DNA of 64,000 nt from Octopus vulgaris (taxonomy: Eukaryota), in contig OX597820.1 in assembly GCA_951406725.2 (NCBI GenBank), positions 100,936,001 to 101,000,000 on the forward strand, given 5' to 3'. The notes under the pieces were generated by a model, which ran no database searches, was not told the DNA's origin, and saw only the letters and a list, made by a program, of their open reading frames with translations. The position numbers and the translations under genes are program-made. The first letter of the stretch is position 1. Each line of letters starts with the position of its first letter. Below, piece by piece: positions 24,864 through 37,109 of the stretch.

Positions 24864-25273
24864 ACTCTTCTACTCTTTTACTTGTTTCAGTCATTTGACT
24901 GCAGCCATGCTGGAGCACCGCCTTTAATCGAGCAACTCGACACCGGGACTTATTCTTTTGTAAGCCCAGTACTTATTCTATCGGTCTCTTTTGCTGAAGC
25001 GCTAAGTGATGGGGACATAAACACACCAGCATCGGTTGTCAAGCAATGCTAGGGGGCCAAACACAGACACACAAACACACACACGCATATATATATATGT
25101 ACATATATACGACGGGCTTCTTTCAGTTTCCGTCTACCAAATCCACTCACAAGGCTTTGGTCAGTCCAAGGCTATAGTAGAAGACACTTGCCCAAGGTGT
25201 CACGCAGTGGGACTGAACCCGGAACCATGTGGTTGGTAAACCAACTACTTACCACACAGCCACTCCTGTGCCT
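24864..25273 (-). mobile_element. SINE family A, full length
   Basis: Very similar to 42740-43140. Confidence 0.92.
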
Positions 25274-27284
25274 ATAGGTATGGGTACTTTATATGTGGCC
25301 CCATATGGTTGCCAAGTACTTGCAAGGCAAAGATCTCTCAGTTGAGAAAAGGAGTGGAGCAGAGACAAGTAACTGTGTGCCAGGCGAGAGGTTAGAGAAA
25401 GTTGGAGAGACATGGATAGCTGTCTTACTACAAAGGAGATACATGACTACCTCAGTTGGACAAGGAGAGGGAGTTGGGTGAGAGTTAGAAAGAAAGATAG
25501 AGACACTCAAACTGAGGGTGAGAGAGAGAGGGCCTACCCACAGGGAACAGTGGGGGGAGAAGTATAAGTAATACAGAGGGGATAGAGGAGATGTGCCGTA
25601 AGAATGTGACAGGTGATGGTTGGAGAGGATGTGATGATGAGAGGAATTGGAATAGCTGTGTGATGGGTAAGGTAGATATGAAAAGGCGTGGAGAGTGTGT
25701 TGGTAGGCACATGTGGGAGAGTGGTGGGGGGAGATGTGTTGAGAGGAGTTTTGCCAGAGGATAGAATTGTGTGTGTGTTAAATGCACAAAATTGTAATGA
25801 TCTTTTGAATGTTGACTGATGAAGAATTAGCTATGAATTCTCTGTTTATAATGTTTTTGTAAAATTTTCCATTCGTTGTGTTTTTGTTAACTTTTTGAAA
25901 TACACACACACACACACACACACATACATATTGGAGGGCTAACATTATTTTCATTCAATATAGATACATATCTCTGGGTTACCTAAAGTTAATTAGAAAA
26001 CAAATATATCTTAAATCTCAGTCTAGATTAGTACTCAGTATTGCAGATAATTTTACTGAAAGAGCATATGAATTTATTACTTCAAGATTACAAAACACCC
26101 ATCAATTATATAGTGCTCCTACTGTCCCCAACACAAACTGTTCATCATCATATCACACTACATCCTTTTAACCATTTAGCATTCAGATTAATCTGTCAAA
26201 TGTAAAGCCTGTTTAATTACATTGTTTTAAATTAATTGTACAGCATCTTATAACTCTGAGATTTTGATGATGCCCCTGTTTATTTTTAGACTGACTTTGT
26301 AGGGTAGGTGTGAGAGGTCAGAGCTGGCTGGTTTGAGCATAAAACAGGAAGACAATTTTGGCCTGGTATGGCCGGTTTAAACACTGAAGGGTTAAGTGAA
26401 TAAACATTAGCCATGTTATCATTTCCAGGGACATATCACAATGCTACTGATGGGATGTGAACAATCATCTCTTTGGCTGATAGATCTAACTTTTCACCTC
26501 TTTAACCAGTTACAACTATGATGTGTATTTATATGCATGAATGCTCCTTGGTGTTGTAGCAATAACATCTGTTACACTTATCACAAATGTATTGCTCCAA
26601 ATATCCCCTTTTAGATTATTGATTGTTAAATATCACTGCATTCGAATATACTGTTCTTGACTGTACTGCTGTTCTATTTCACAACTGCTCTTTAAAATAA
26701 TGTACATCTTTGATTTTCTTGCTATAGATAATGTACATGCAATCTATGTAGAAAATATATATTTCAGGATAAGTGGATGTTGTACGTGCATGTTTACATG
26801 TATAAACTATGTATTTATTTTGGTATTTAATTGCTCATAATAACGCTCAGATAACAAATATTTATTTCTTAGTCTGTCAGTTACTTAAATGTCTTGTTTC
26901 TCACTGCTATCTTTACAAATCCATTTATTTTTAGTAGTCGTGTATGAAGAATCTGACCTGTTGGCCTTAAAAATTAACAACCCAAACATCTTGCTAAATC
27001 ATAGAAAGATTGCTATCATTTCTCATCCGTTATCCATTTCCTTAAACATTCTGAAAGTAGCAAAATTTAGTTGTGCTACCAAGAGATAGCACAAATATAA
27101 CTAATTTAAAATACAAGAATAATTCCAAATAAAATTATCATTACAATAGAGTTTAGAGTGCTTCTGACATTAACCCTTTTGTTGCCATATTTCTGTTCAA
27201 ATTTCTATAAATTTTGAAAATAATAAAAAAATTTATTAAAATAACCTTCCAAACTACTAACTTGGTCACCTAAGTAATAAAAAC

Positions 27285-28225
27285 TGCCTTAGAAGAAGTG
27301 GACAGTTTCTGTTACTTAGGTGACCAAGTTAGTAGTGGGAGAAATTGTTCTGAAAGCATAGCTGCTACAATAAGAATAGGCTGGGTGAAGTTCAGAGAGC
27401 TATTACCTTTGTTAGTAATGAAGGACCTCTCCGTCAAAGTGAAAGGCAGATTGTATGATGCCTGTGTATGAATGACTATACCACTATTGCAGTGAGACAT
27501 AGGCTGTGACTACTGAGGATATGAAGCCTGTATGCTCCACTGGTAATGTCAGTGTGCATATATGACAGAGTGTAAGTGATTTGAGAGAAAAAAGATGTCT
27601 GCACTAGTATGGTCATGTAATTTAAAAAAAAAAAAATTTTTATTGCCCACAGGGGACTAAACACAGAGGGGACAAACAAGGACAGACAAAGGAATTAAGT
27701 TGATTACATCGACCCCCTAGTGCATAACTGGTACTTATTTAATCGACCCCCGAAAGGATGAATGGCAAAGTCGACCTCAGCGGAATTTGAACTCACAACG
27801 TAAAGACAGTCGAAATACTGCTAAGCATTTCACCCGGCATGCTCATGTTTCTGCCAGCTCGCCGCCTTACTATGGTCATGTAATGCATATGAATGAAGAC
27901 AGCTGCATCAAGAGGTGTCGATCTCTAATTGTAGGGGGAACATGTGGAAGGGGTAGACTCAGGAAACATGGGACGAAGTGGTGACAAAGGATCTACAGGT
28001 GCTGGAATTCACAGAATGGATGACATGGGACCAAGACTCTTGGGGTTTGCTGTGCTTGAAAAGACACGTCAAGCTAAATAGAATCAAAGTTGTCCTTGCA
28101 TATAGGCATGTCCCTTGCATCCCTATCTTGCGGGTTTGTGGGTGCTGGTGCCATGTAAAAAGCACCCATGCTTGTGCTGCGTAAAAGTATCCAGTACACT
28201 CATGAAGTGGTTGGCATTAGGAGGG
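27285..28225 (+). mobile_element. RTE-clade LINE 3' fragment
   Basis: LEEVDSFCYLGDQVSSG..CSESIAATIRIGWVKFRELLPLL..VKGRLYDACV..GTCGRGRLRK, followed by the family D 3'UTR. Confidence 0.88.
27622..27870 (-). mobile_element. SINE family C nested in the RTE
   Basis: 14-bp TSD TATGGTCATGTAAT at 27608-27621 and 27871-27884. Confidence 0.92.
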
Positions 28226-28508
28226 GGAGGAGGAGGAGAGGAGCAGGAGCAGGAGCAGGAGGGGGAGGAGCAGGAGCACGAGCAGGAGCAGGAGGAGAAG
28301 GAGGAAGCAGTGGATATAGGCTATACTTTTGGCATACTAAACATACATATCCACTCTATCCAACATACTGAGTTCTACATGAGATGTTCTTTGCAGTACA
28401 TAAAATGGTTCTTAATATAATTCCCACAACTGTGTGCAGTTTCTCTGTATGTATGTATGTATGTATGTATGTATGTATGTATGTATGTATGTATGTATGT
28501 ATGTATGT

Positions 28509-29061
28509 CAGGTCACTTTCGAGTGCTACTGGTAACATGTAACCCAGTACAACCTGTTGCATGGTCAGGTCGTCGGCAACTAAATTGGCAACCCCACCAA
28601 GCTTGCTTGGTGAGGAGGGTGTTTATTGGACACCCTGCGGGATGAAAAACAAAACCCGTCAAAGGGCGGAGGAACTCTTGAGAGTCAACGGCCATCCAAT
28701 AAATGTCTTAGGGCTGTGTCATGCGCGGGGACATAGAAATAATCGGACTGAATACCTGATCGCGTGGTTAAGCCATTGGGAGTGAAGGACTCCTAGCCTT
28801 TGTTAGGGCATCCTTCTAGGAGAAGGTAACTCAGGTAACTGGGATAACTCCGACATAAAACCTGCGGCTCAGTGGTTACCGATGATGTTGATTTGTTCTT
28901 CTTTTCAGATTATGGCTGCTGTTACTTAGTGAGTGGGATTGACTCAGTGCACAGCCTTTCCTCACTTTAAAAAAAAAATCTTCTTGCACAGGCATTGCAT
29001 GATAACAACATTGATTAAGCTTCGTGCAATGGCCATACTCGATAACAAGGGGGAAGCCACC
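28509..29061 (+). mobile_element. Non-autonomous bipartite RTE derivative (5'UTR plus 47-bp 3' end) inside (TATG)n
   Basis: RTE 5'UTR-like GGCATCCTTCTAGGAGAAGGTAACTC. The 3' 47 bp (29015-29061) match 54719-54765. (TATG)n lies on both sides. Confidence 0.8.
28536..28588 (+). ncRNA. Degenerate HDV/CPEB3-like ribozyme fold (candidate)
   Basis: P1 CATGTA/TGCATG, P2 CCAGT/ATTGG, P3 ACA/TGT, GTCA after P1 and CTAA before P2'. L3 is only 3 nt (canonical is 7). Confidence 0.4.
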
Positions 29062-29894
29062 ATGTATGTATGTATGTATGTATCAAATAGATGTCTTGAA
29101 AAACTATTCTGCACATGCAATAACAGCCGTACCAACAATCCAACATGCCTCCATCATTAGCTGTCCCACGGATATCACTATGGTTTAAGTATGTATGTAT
29201 GTATGTATGTATGTATGTATGTATATATATATGTATGTATTTATGTATGTATGTGTGTACGTATGTATGTATGCATGTATGTGTGTATGTGTATTTAATT
29301 ATCAAATGTATTGTTTGCTAATAAAGCAGTGAAAGACAGGTTGTGCTTAGGCTAATAAACTTACAGCTTATAGGGAGATTAAATGCAGAGAAAGAGAACT
29401 GGAAGGATGTAACACTGACGTCAGTCAACATAAGACATTCACTACTGATTCATAATAATTTTGTCTTTGTTGGTGTTGCTATTGTTTTCAACAGTTGTTG
29501 GTCTAATCACTTTTAATTGAGCAAAATATGACACAGGGATGATGGATGAGTCTAATATGATACAGGGATGATGGATGAGTCTAATATTTGGTTATAAATT
29601 ACAACTGTATACTGGATATGCTATGTCTACGGTTGGGTCTAAACTCCCAGCAGGCAATGGTTGGTCGTATTTTTATACAATAAAGCAGTTATTTTCATAT
29701 GCAAGTGCAGGCATGGCTGTGTGGTTGAGAAGTTTGCTTCCCAGATATGTGGTTTGGGGTTCAGCCCCCACTGCATGGTACACTGGACAAGTGTTTTTTT
29801 GCAACAACCCTGGGTCAACCAAAGGATTGAGTAAAGTGGATGTTAATATGAAGATGATGATACATATGTGTGTATATCTGTATATTCATATGCA

Positions 29895-29933
<39 letters not shown>

Positions 29934-29966
29934 ACATACACACACACACACACACATATATATATG

Positions 29967-30252
29967 TGGAGGCGCAATGGCCCAGTGGTTAGGGTAGTGG
30001 ACTCGCGGTTGTAGGATCACGATTTCAATTCCCAGACCGGGTGTTGTGAGTGTTTATTGAGCAAAAACACCTAAAGCTCCGGCAGGGGCGGGGGGTGGTG
30101 ACGATCCCTGCTGTACTCTTTCGCCACAACTTTCTCTCACTCTTCTGTTAGCCTGCTCACTTAGCCAGCGGGGTGGCGTCATTTGAAGGCTAAAACAATC
30201 CAAAGCGCATTGTGACCAGCGATGGGTAGCAACATCTGATAGCCTGGTCAGT

Positions 30253-30260
<8 letters not shown>
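29967..30260 (+). mobile_element. SINE family B, alternative-tail variant, in (TA)n
   Basis: GGAGGCGCAATGGCCCAGTGG head with the same tail as 22025-22320. Confidence 0.9.
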
Positions 30261-30289
<29 letters not shown>

Positions 30290-30291
<2 letters not shown>

Positions 30292-30590
30292 TCATCATCA
30301 TCATCATCATTATTAACGTCTTCATTGTCATTTAACGGTCTCCTTCCATGCTGACATGGGTTGGACAGTTTGACAGAAGCTGGCCAGGTAGAAGACCACA
30401 CCAAGCTTCTGTGTCTGTTTTGGCATGGTTTTTACAGTTGGATGCCTTTCTTAACACCAACCACTCCGCAGAGTGGGCTGAGTGCTTTTTATCTGGCACT
30501 AGCACAGGTGAGGTCGGTATTGGCATGGTTTTTACAGCCGGATCTCCTTTCAAATCCCAACCACATTACAGTGTGGACTGAATGCCTTGG
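30290..30590 (-). mobile_element. Diverged RTE 3'UTR fragment (family D-related)
   Basis: (CAT)n tail and GGATGCCTTTCTTAACACCAACCACTCCG. A related copy lies at ~33505-33740. Confidence 0.7.
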
Positions 30591-30897
30591 AAGTCAAAAT
30601 CTCAAACAAGATGTTGTGGTGAGAGTCACGACACCCCCTCGCAAGAATAGACTGACCAAATGATTATAACTAATAGTGGTCTGAGTGAGATAGAGAGACA
30701 GAGTAGGCAATAATTGCAAGGAAGTCGTGAGGTGTCATTTTGGTAGTTTGTCAGAATATTGTTTGTTGGTTCGTGTATAGTTCATGGAGAGTTTGTTGGA
30801 TTTTTACGTTGTTGTTATCCTGCTTCGTTATATGTTTTATTGTTACTACATGGTTATAGCGTAAAAAAGTATCGTCATAACAACTGCCAATACAACA

Positions 30898-31165
30898 GTA
30901 TGTATGCATGTGTGTATGTATGTGTGTATGTATGTATGTATGCATGCATGTATGTATGCATGTATGTATGTATGCATGCATGCATGTATGTATGTATGTA
31001 TGTATGAATGTATGTATGTATGTATGTATGTATGTATGTATGTATGAATGTATGTATGTATGTATGAATGTATGTATGTATGTATGTATGTATGTATGTA
31101 TGAATGTATGTATGTATGTATGTGTGTATGGATGTATGCCTGTGTATGTGCATGTGTGTGTCTGT
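30898..31165. repeat. (TATG)n microsatellite
   Basis: Read directly from the sequence. Confidence 0.95.
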
Positions 31166-31411
31166 GTATTTGTGTTTCCCTGTCTTAACATTGCACAATA
31201 GTTGTGAATGAATGCCATCTTCATGCACAGGGAGTCATTCATTTCCAACTTTCTGTGAAAACATGTCCAGCTGTGGAGAAGCATTACTCAGCTTGGAGAC
31301 AGGCAAGCAAGGGTCGGTGATAAGAAGGGCATCCAGCCATAAAAATATTCCTCAACAAATTCCTAGCATGCAGGCATTCAAACAATGATGATGATCATGG
31401 CATGTACACAA

Positions 31412-31641
31412 GGCGGCGAGCTGGCAGAATCATTAGCACGCCAGGCGAAATGCTTAGCTGTATTTCGTCTGCGTTACGTTGTGAGTTCAAATTCCGCCGA
31501 GGTCAACTTTGCCTTTCATCCTTTAGGGGTCGATAAATTAAGTACCATTTACACTCTGGGGTCGATGTAATCGACTTAATACCTATGTCTGTCCTTGTTT
31601 GTCCCCTCTGTGTTTAGCCCCTTGTGGGTAGTAAAGAAATA
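31412..31641 (+). mobile_element. SINE family C, full length
   Basis: 13-bp TSD GGCATGTACACAA at 31399-31411 and 31642-31654. Confidence 0.93.
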
Positions 31642-31994
31642 GGCATGTACACAAAGACACACAGACACATAAGCATGTGTGTATAAATTCTTGCATGTTT
31701 TGTAATAAAAAAACATCCAAACGTCATTACATCAATTAAGTTTCTACTTAAAATCTGGGTTACCATCCTCTTATAATAAATTTATGCAAGCAATCACTGA
31801 CTGAGACTGCATCATTGAGTATGAAAATATTGGACTGGATCACAAATAGACTGGACAGTACAAACTAGACACAACATGTCAGGACTGCTTCGTTTGTGTG
31901 TGTGTGTGTCTAAGAAAGAGGGAGAGAGAGAGAAAGAAAGGGTGGGGGGACTAAGGGTCAACCAACCATAAAAGTACATGTAATATAAATACTT

Positions 31995-32770
31995 TTAAAT
32001 GCCTAGAAGACTACTTCGAAGTACTTAATGCATCCTGTTACCTTGGTGAACTAATAAACAGTGAAGGAGGGTGTAACAAAAGTCCAGAGTGGAACGGGGG
32101 TGGGAAAAGTTCAAGGATCTATTAATTCTGCAGGTAAGAAACAGTTTTTAATCTCAGAGAGCAATGCTGATTGCAAAATGCTTAATGTTGCATGGTAATG
32201 AGGCATGAGTTTGAATGAGAAGGATTTATGAAGGTGAGACAGAAACAAGGCAAGTATGCTCTGATAGTTGGGTAATGTTAACCCTTTTGTTACTTACCTG
32301 GCCAAAACCGGCTCTGGCTCTGTGGTAAAATGTTTTGTTTTCATAAGTTTTCAATTAAAATCTTCCACCAAACCTAAGTCACAATTTATGTTCCTAACAC
32401 TAGCTGAATGATAACTAAGTTATTTTACTAAATTCTTTGTTATAATCAAAGTAATTGAAAGAAATACAGAGCATCTCAAAATAAATACAGTAACAAAAGG
32501 GTTAATGTACATGTACAAAGAAGTATATAAATGAGCTGAAGGAAAAGCTAGATATAAGAGGAATCAGATTTAGTGTGCAAAAGAGAAGACTGCTTTGGTA
32601 TGGGCACATGATGCATATGGAAAATGTCAGTTGTATAGAGAAAACCCAAATATTCTATGAAACTGGTAAGAAAGACATGGGGCAAAAGGATGAATCTCAC
32701 AAATGAACTGGTATATGACCATGATAAGTGATGTGAAATTGTGCTGGAGAAGACTACCCACCCATCCAGG
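31995..32770 (+). mobile_element. Very decayed RTE RT C-terminal fragment interrupted by a MITE
   Basis: EVLNASCYLGELINSEGGCNKS..WEKFKDL; similar to 27285-28225. Confidence 0.6.
32282..32501 (+). mobile_element. piggyBac-like MITE, 220 bp
   Basis: TIR CCCTTTTGTTAC / GTAACAAAAGGG with TTAA on both sides. Confidence 0.9.
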
Positions 32771-32949
32771 CATGGTAGAATAGTGTTGATAGAGGCTAGC
32801 ATGGGTTGGACGGTTCGACCGGAGATATGGGAAGCCAGAAGGCTGCACCAGACTCCAGTCTGATCTGGCAGTGTTTCTACCACTGGATGCCCTTCCTAAT
32901 ACCAACCACTCTGTGAGTGTAGTGGGTGCTTTTTACGTGCCACCTGCAC

Positions 32950-33066
<117 letters not shown>

Positions 33067-33239
33067 CATGCAGCAGGCTTTTTTTAGTTTCTTTCTATCA
33101 AATCCCTTCACCAGGTTTTGGTCAGCCCAGAGTGTCACATGGTGGGACAACTCGAAACGTCATGGTTGGGAAGCAAACCACTTAATCACACAACCATGCC
33201 TGCAACTCCCAGTCATGTTATATTTTCCAAAAATATTAA

Positions 33240-33501
33240 CCTTCCAGCACTGGCTGCCAACCTGGATGTCGCCACCTGCCACCCGTAATGCAGAGGAGAA
33301 AAAAACAATAAATGCAGGGGCTTGGCTGGCTGCTATCAATTTGTACCAGCTGACATTGCCCATTGGAGCAAACCTTAGTCACAATTTATGTTCCTAACAC
33401 TAGCTGAATGATAACTAAGTTATTTTACTAAATTCTTTGTTATATTTAAAGTAATTGAAAGGAACACAGACCATCTCAAAATAAATGCAGTAATGAAAGG
33501 G
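33240..33501 (+). mobile_element. TTAA-flanked MITE sharing its right 130 bp with 32282-32501 but with a different left half
   Basis: 33370-33501 is nearly identical to 32370-32501, and TTAA flanks both ends. Confidence 0.7.
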
Positions 33502-34314
33502 TTAATGTCCTCATTCCATGCTGGCATGGGTTGGACAGTTTGATAGAAGCAGACCAAGCAGATGACTACACCGTATTTCTGTGTCTGTTTTGGCAGTTTT
33601 TACAACCGGATGCCCTTCTTAGCATCAATCATCCAACAGAGTGGGCTGAATGCTTTTTATGTGGCTTTTTACCAGTACAGGCAAGGTCAGTTTTGGTATG
33701 GATTTTACAACTGGATACCCTTCACAGTGTAAACTAAATGCTTACTAAGTGACACCAGCATTGGCAGGATCATTTTGCAAGACAAGGAGGGGAAGGAGCA
33801 TTGGAGGAGGTGATTTTGTGTCAGATGATGAAAGGTTAGAGTGTGATAGAGAGATAGAAACAGATGTATTACTGTAGAGAAGGTACATGGTTACCCTGCT
33901 AGAGAGAGGGGGGAGAAAGAGAGAGAAATAGAGAGGGGAGGGAGAAAGAGAGAGAAATAGAGAGGGGAGGGAGAAAGAGAGAGAGAGAGGGGAAGAATTT
34001 ACAAGAAAGATCCTTAGTTGTATTTAAATTTTAAACACCCTCTTGAGAGAATCTTTGTCTACTGATTGCATGGACAATCTGAGTTAAAAGACGTTTTTCA
34101 AATTATTGTATCACTTATGAGAAACCCTTTCATAACTGTGAGAATTCAGCATTCAAGAATGCTCCTCAGAAATATTTTTACCTCAGCTCAATTATGATGA
34201 TAATAAATCATGCGCAATAAATAATATCTATTAATAGAACACCCTCATAAAAGATGAGAATGGTTTCATAAAAATGGTAATAACAACTTGGAATTATTGA
34301 ATATTTTATTTCAG

Positions 34315-34402
34315 CCATAATTGAGATCGGAAGTGGGAAAAATGGCAAGATCTATGGGGGAAAAATAATAACAGGAACACTAACATATGAACATAAATTT
34401 TG
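34315..34402 (+). CDS. Candidate internal exon (IIEIGSGKNGKIYGGKIITGTLTYEHKF), gene unknown
   Basis: Acceptor attttatttcag, donor TG|gtatgt, 88 nt open, purine-rich island in AT-rich unique DNA. Confidence 0.4.
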
Positions 34403-34759
34403 GTATGTCTTTAGTTCGACCACATTGATATTTTCAGTTATAGCAGAAAATTTCTGAGACTTAAATCTTGAAATTTTCCTATACTTGCTTGATTGCAGTA
34501 GACGTCATTGTAAGACATTCATCTATTTCATTCTTTCCTATGTCATTTATCCTTAAATTTTCGATTTTTCGTATGACCTGTTACTCTAATGACTTTTAAC
34601 AATCTCTTTTTAACCAATAAAAAATAAAAACTATATGAAATTTATTACCTCAGTCAAAAAAAAAAAAAATGTCTTGCTTCAAATATTGAGCAGTCAACTT
34701 GTGATTTAGTATATCGAAATAATGACCTGAATGAAACTCTTTAAATTTGTTTCTTTTAG

Positions 34760-34814
34760 GGCATTTTTTAATATTGGTTTTATTCAATTATTTATTGTTA
34801 CTCTTAAAATCTAA
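34760..34814 (+). CDS. Candidate terminal exon ((W)AFFNIGFIQLFIVTLKI*)
   Basis: Acceptor tttgtttcttttag, phase-compatible with 34315-34402, AATAAA at ~34846 and ~34892. Confidence 0.25.
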
Positions 34815-35127
34815 AACTTTCATAAATCAACTCTGAGGTGAAGCTGAATAAATTCAACAATCGTATAAAAGCAAAATGTTAATTTGAATTGAATAAAAAC
34901 TTTTTACAGGTTTTTATTGAAATTCAATTCGAATTTGGATTCAAACTTTCAATTTTTTAAAAATTCTGTTTTACTCCACTGATTTTGTTTTGTGTAGATA
35001 AATTGTTTAAATTAAATTAAGATATCTTTATAACAAGACATCAAAAATGTTTGACGCATACATATAAGTTTAATTCATCAAAGTATTATCTTCCTATAAA
35101 ATATGAGGTTCTTACTAAAACAATATA

Positions 35128-35441
35128 TGAGGTGGTATCAAAAAGTTCCAGGACTAGTTATGTTTAATAAAACATAACTTATTTACCAAAGCTTTAACAT
35201 CCTCTCCTTTGAAATAGTTATACTGTACAGCAATTCATTCCTCTCCATGACAAAATTGCAGACTCAGCATACATGTGATCACAAAAACACAAATTTCACA
35301 ACTTGCAAAGTAAACACAGCGTTGTCACTCAGCACACTGCCTCATGAAGATCACAGTTAGCTCTCACTGCACATGCAATTGTGTGCTGCCATCTGTTGAC
35401 GTGATACAGAACTAGTCCGGGAACCTTTTGATACCATCTCA
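35128..35441. mobile_element. Tc1/mariner MITE, 314 bp
   Basis: ~32-bp TIR TGAGGTGGTATCAAAAAGTTCCAGGACTAGTT / AACTAGTCCGGGAACCTTTTGATACCATCTCA with TA on both sides. Confidence 0.9.
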
Positions 35442-35771
35442 TACAATGCCACCAATAGGAAATACAGTTCTGTGATAAATAGTTTTAAATACTACTGGCA
35501 TTGAGTTCATTAATACAGTTCAACATAAGGAATATTAGTAGGACATTCTCATTAAAAACCTCTGCCAAACTTAAACACAACAGATTTGGCTTGTTATCTG
35601 AAACAAAAACCAAAAATAGTATACTGTAGTCTAGTCTAACAGATGTGAATATTTCATTCAAATATATTCAGAAAGAGAGCATTTTTAGACAACTGTTTAA
35701 ATACCTACAACTTTTTTTAGCCGGATTATAAATCTACATTTGTTCCTGTAACCTTTAACACATGATTACTA

Positions 35772-36794
35772 TGTAACGTATGCTTAGTGAAATTCTCTCT
35801 CTGTGTTATATATACACAAATAAAGACATAGGAGATAACAGTTAGCCTTCGGCTGTTTGGACCCTGTTGTGTCCACTACTCTAATTGGTTGGTATTAGCG
35901 CAGTTTGTTTCTTGCTCTGTTATTCACCAATGTGCAACCCAACCAATTGCAGTCTTCTGATAAGATCACATGAGACAGTCTTTTCTAAATCTCCGTTTGT
36001 GCCAATAGCTTGCAATAAAACTTCAGTGATTCACTGAGTCAAAGTCATTCGGTTCTAGACCTTCTGAGGTCTAACCATTGACCACAGAGCACACAGCCAG
36101 TTCCAGCAACAGCACAACACCAACAGCCACATGGAGAAACATCAACACTTTGTCCAGCAGCCTCAGGACCTCCATCTTCATCGCCTTCATCTTAATGTTG
36201 CCAACAACATCTTTTTATGTACACAGCAACAGCAACATTCGTTCAGGTTCAACTCCTCACTGTTTGTGAATTACTTCACTGTGGTTAACAGCAAATACAA
36301 CCTGCGAGATCTTCCTGTATCAAATAACTGGCAGCAGCATAGTAGCCACAACTTCTTACACGACATGTGCTTCAACCGGCTCTGCTTCTTTGTGACAACT
36401 ACTTGTTACAGCACTTCAACTATTGTGTACCTTACTATGAACTGGTATTATCTTCATTGTGTCTGAACATTCTTCTAGCGTCCTATTATAGACTCTTTCA
36501 ATGCTCTGTATTTTATCTCACATGCATACACCCTTGTTTGTACACACATACACATTATGTATACATGACGGCCTGTCTATTGTTATTATTATTATTATGT
36601 ACTTATGACGTGCACACAGACCCACATTAACACCTAAAATAAAATCTTCTCTTTAACATTCTACCGGTTGTGTCGTCTCTTTTCCTTCTGGCACTCATAC
36701 ACATTTATTCTTTCCGTATTATTGTAAGCGACCATGTGGTGTATCAAAGGAGCCATTCTTCGTCCCCCCTCCTTCCATACGGTCGATTCTTACA
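35772..36794 (+). mobile_element. Solo LTR (~1.02 kb, Gypsy-like)
   Basis: TGTAA...TTACA termini, 4-bp TSD ACTA (35768-35771 and 36795-36798), internal AATAAA, more GC-rich than the flanks. Confidence 0.75.
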
Positions 36795-37109
36795 ACTAAA
36801 TATTCAATAAATAATCCTGAAAAGTTAGGAGTTTTCAGTAAAGTGAAAGGACATTTAAAACTTATTCTGCAAATTGTGAAATTCTGAAAATTGCCTGCAA
36901 ATGGAAAAGTATGACTACTTGCTGAGACAGGTAAATGAGTAAAAGGGTAATAATTAGTACAGTTTTATTTAAGTTTAGCAAATAAATATCTACAGGTGCT
37001 AATGTCTAAATACCAGTGATGGGGCTTTGGTTGTCAGCTCTTGCTTGAAAGGATGAATTCAAAAAATTATGGAAAACCAAATGACTGAAAGAACATAGCC
37101 ATTATATAT

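Noticed and set aside
25036-25239. Recurrent peptides YDGLLSVSVYQIHSQGFG.. and FSFRLPNPLTRL.. that look like a gene family
   Set aside because: They are antisense translations of SINE family A.
29967-30040. tRNA-like sequences at SINE heads
   Set aside because: A/B boxes are present but continue into SINE bodies with no proper acceptor stem, so they are not tRNA genes.
30781-30897. Plus-strand exon in phase with 34315
   Set aside because: The donor gtatgt is simply the start of a (GTAT)n array and the acceptor is weak.
36078-36630. Gln/Ser-rich ORFs
   Set aside because: They lie inside the solo LTR and have no gag/pol motifs.
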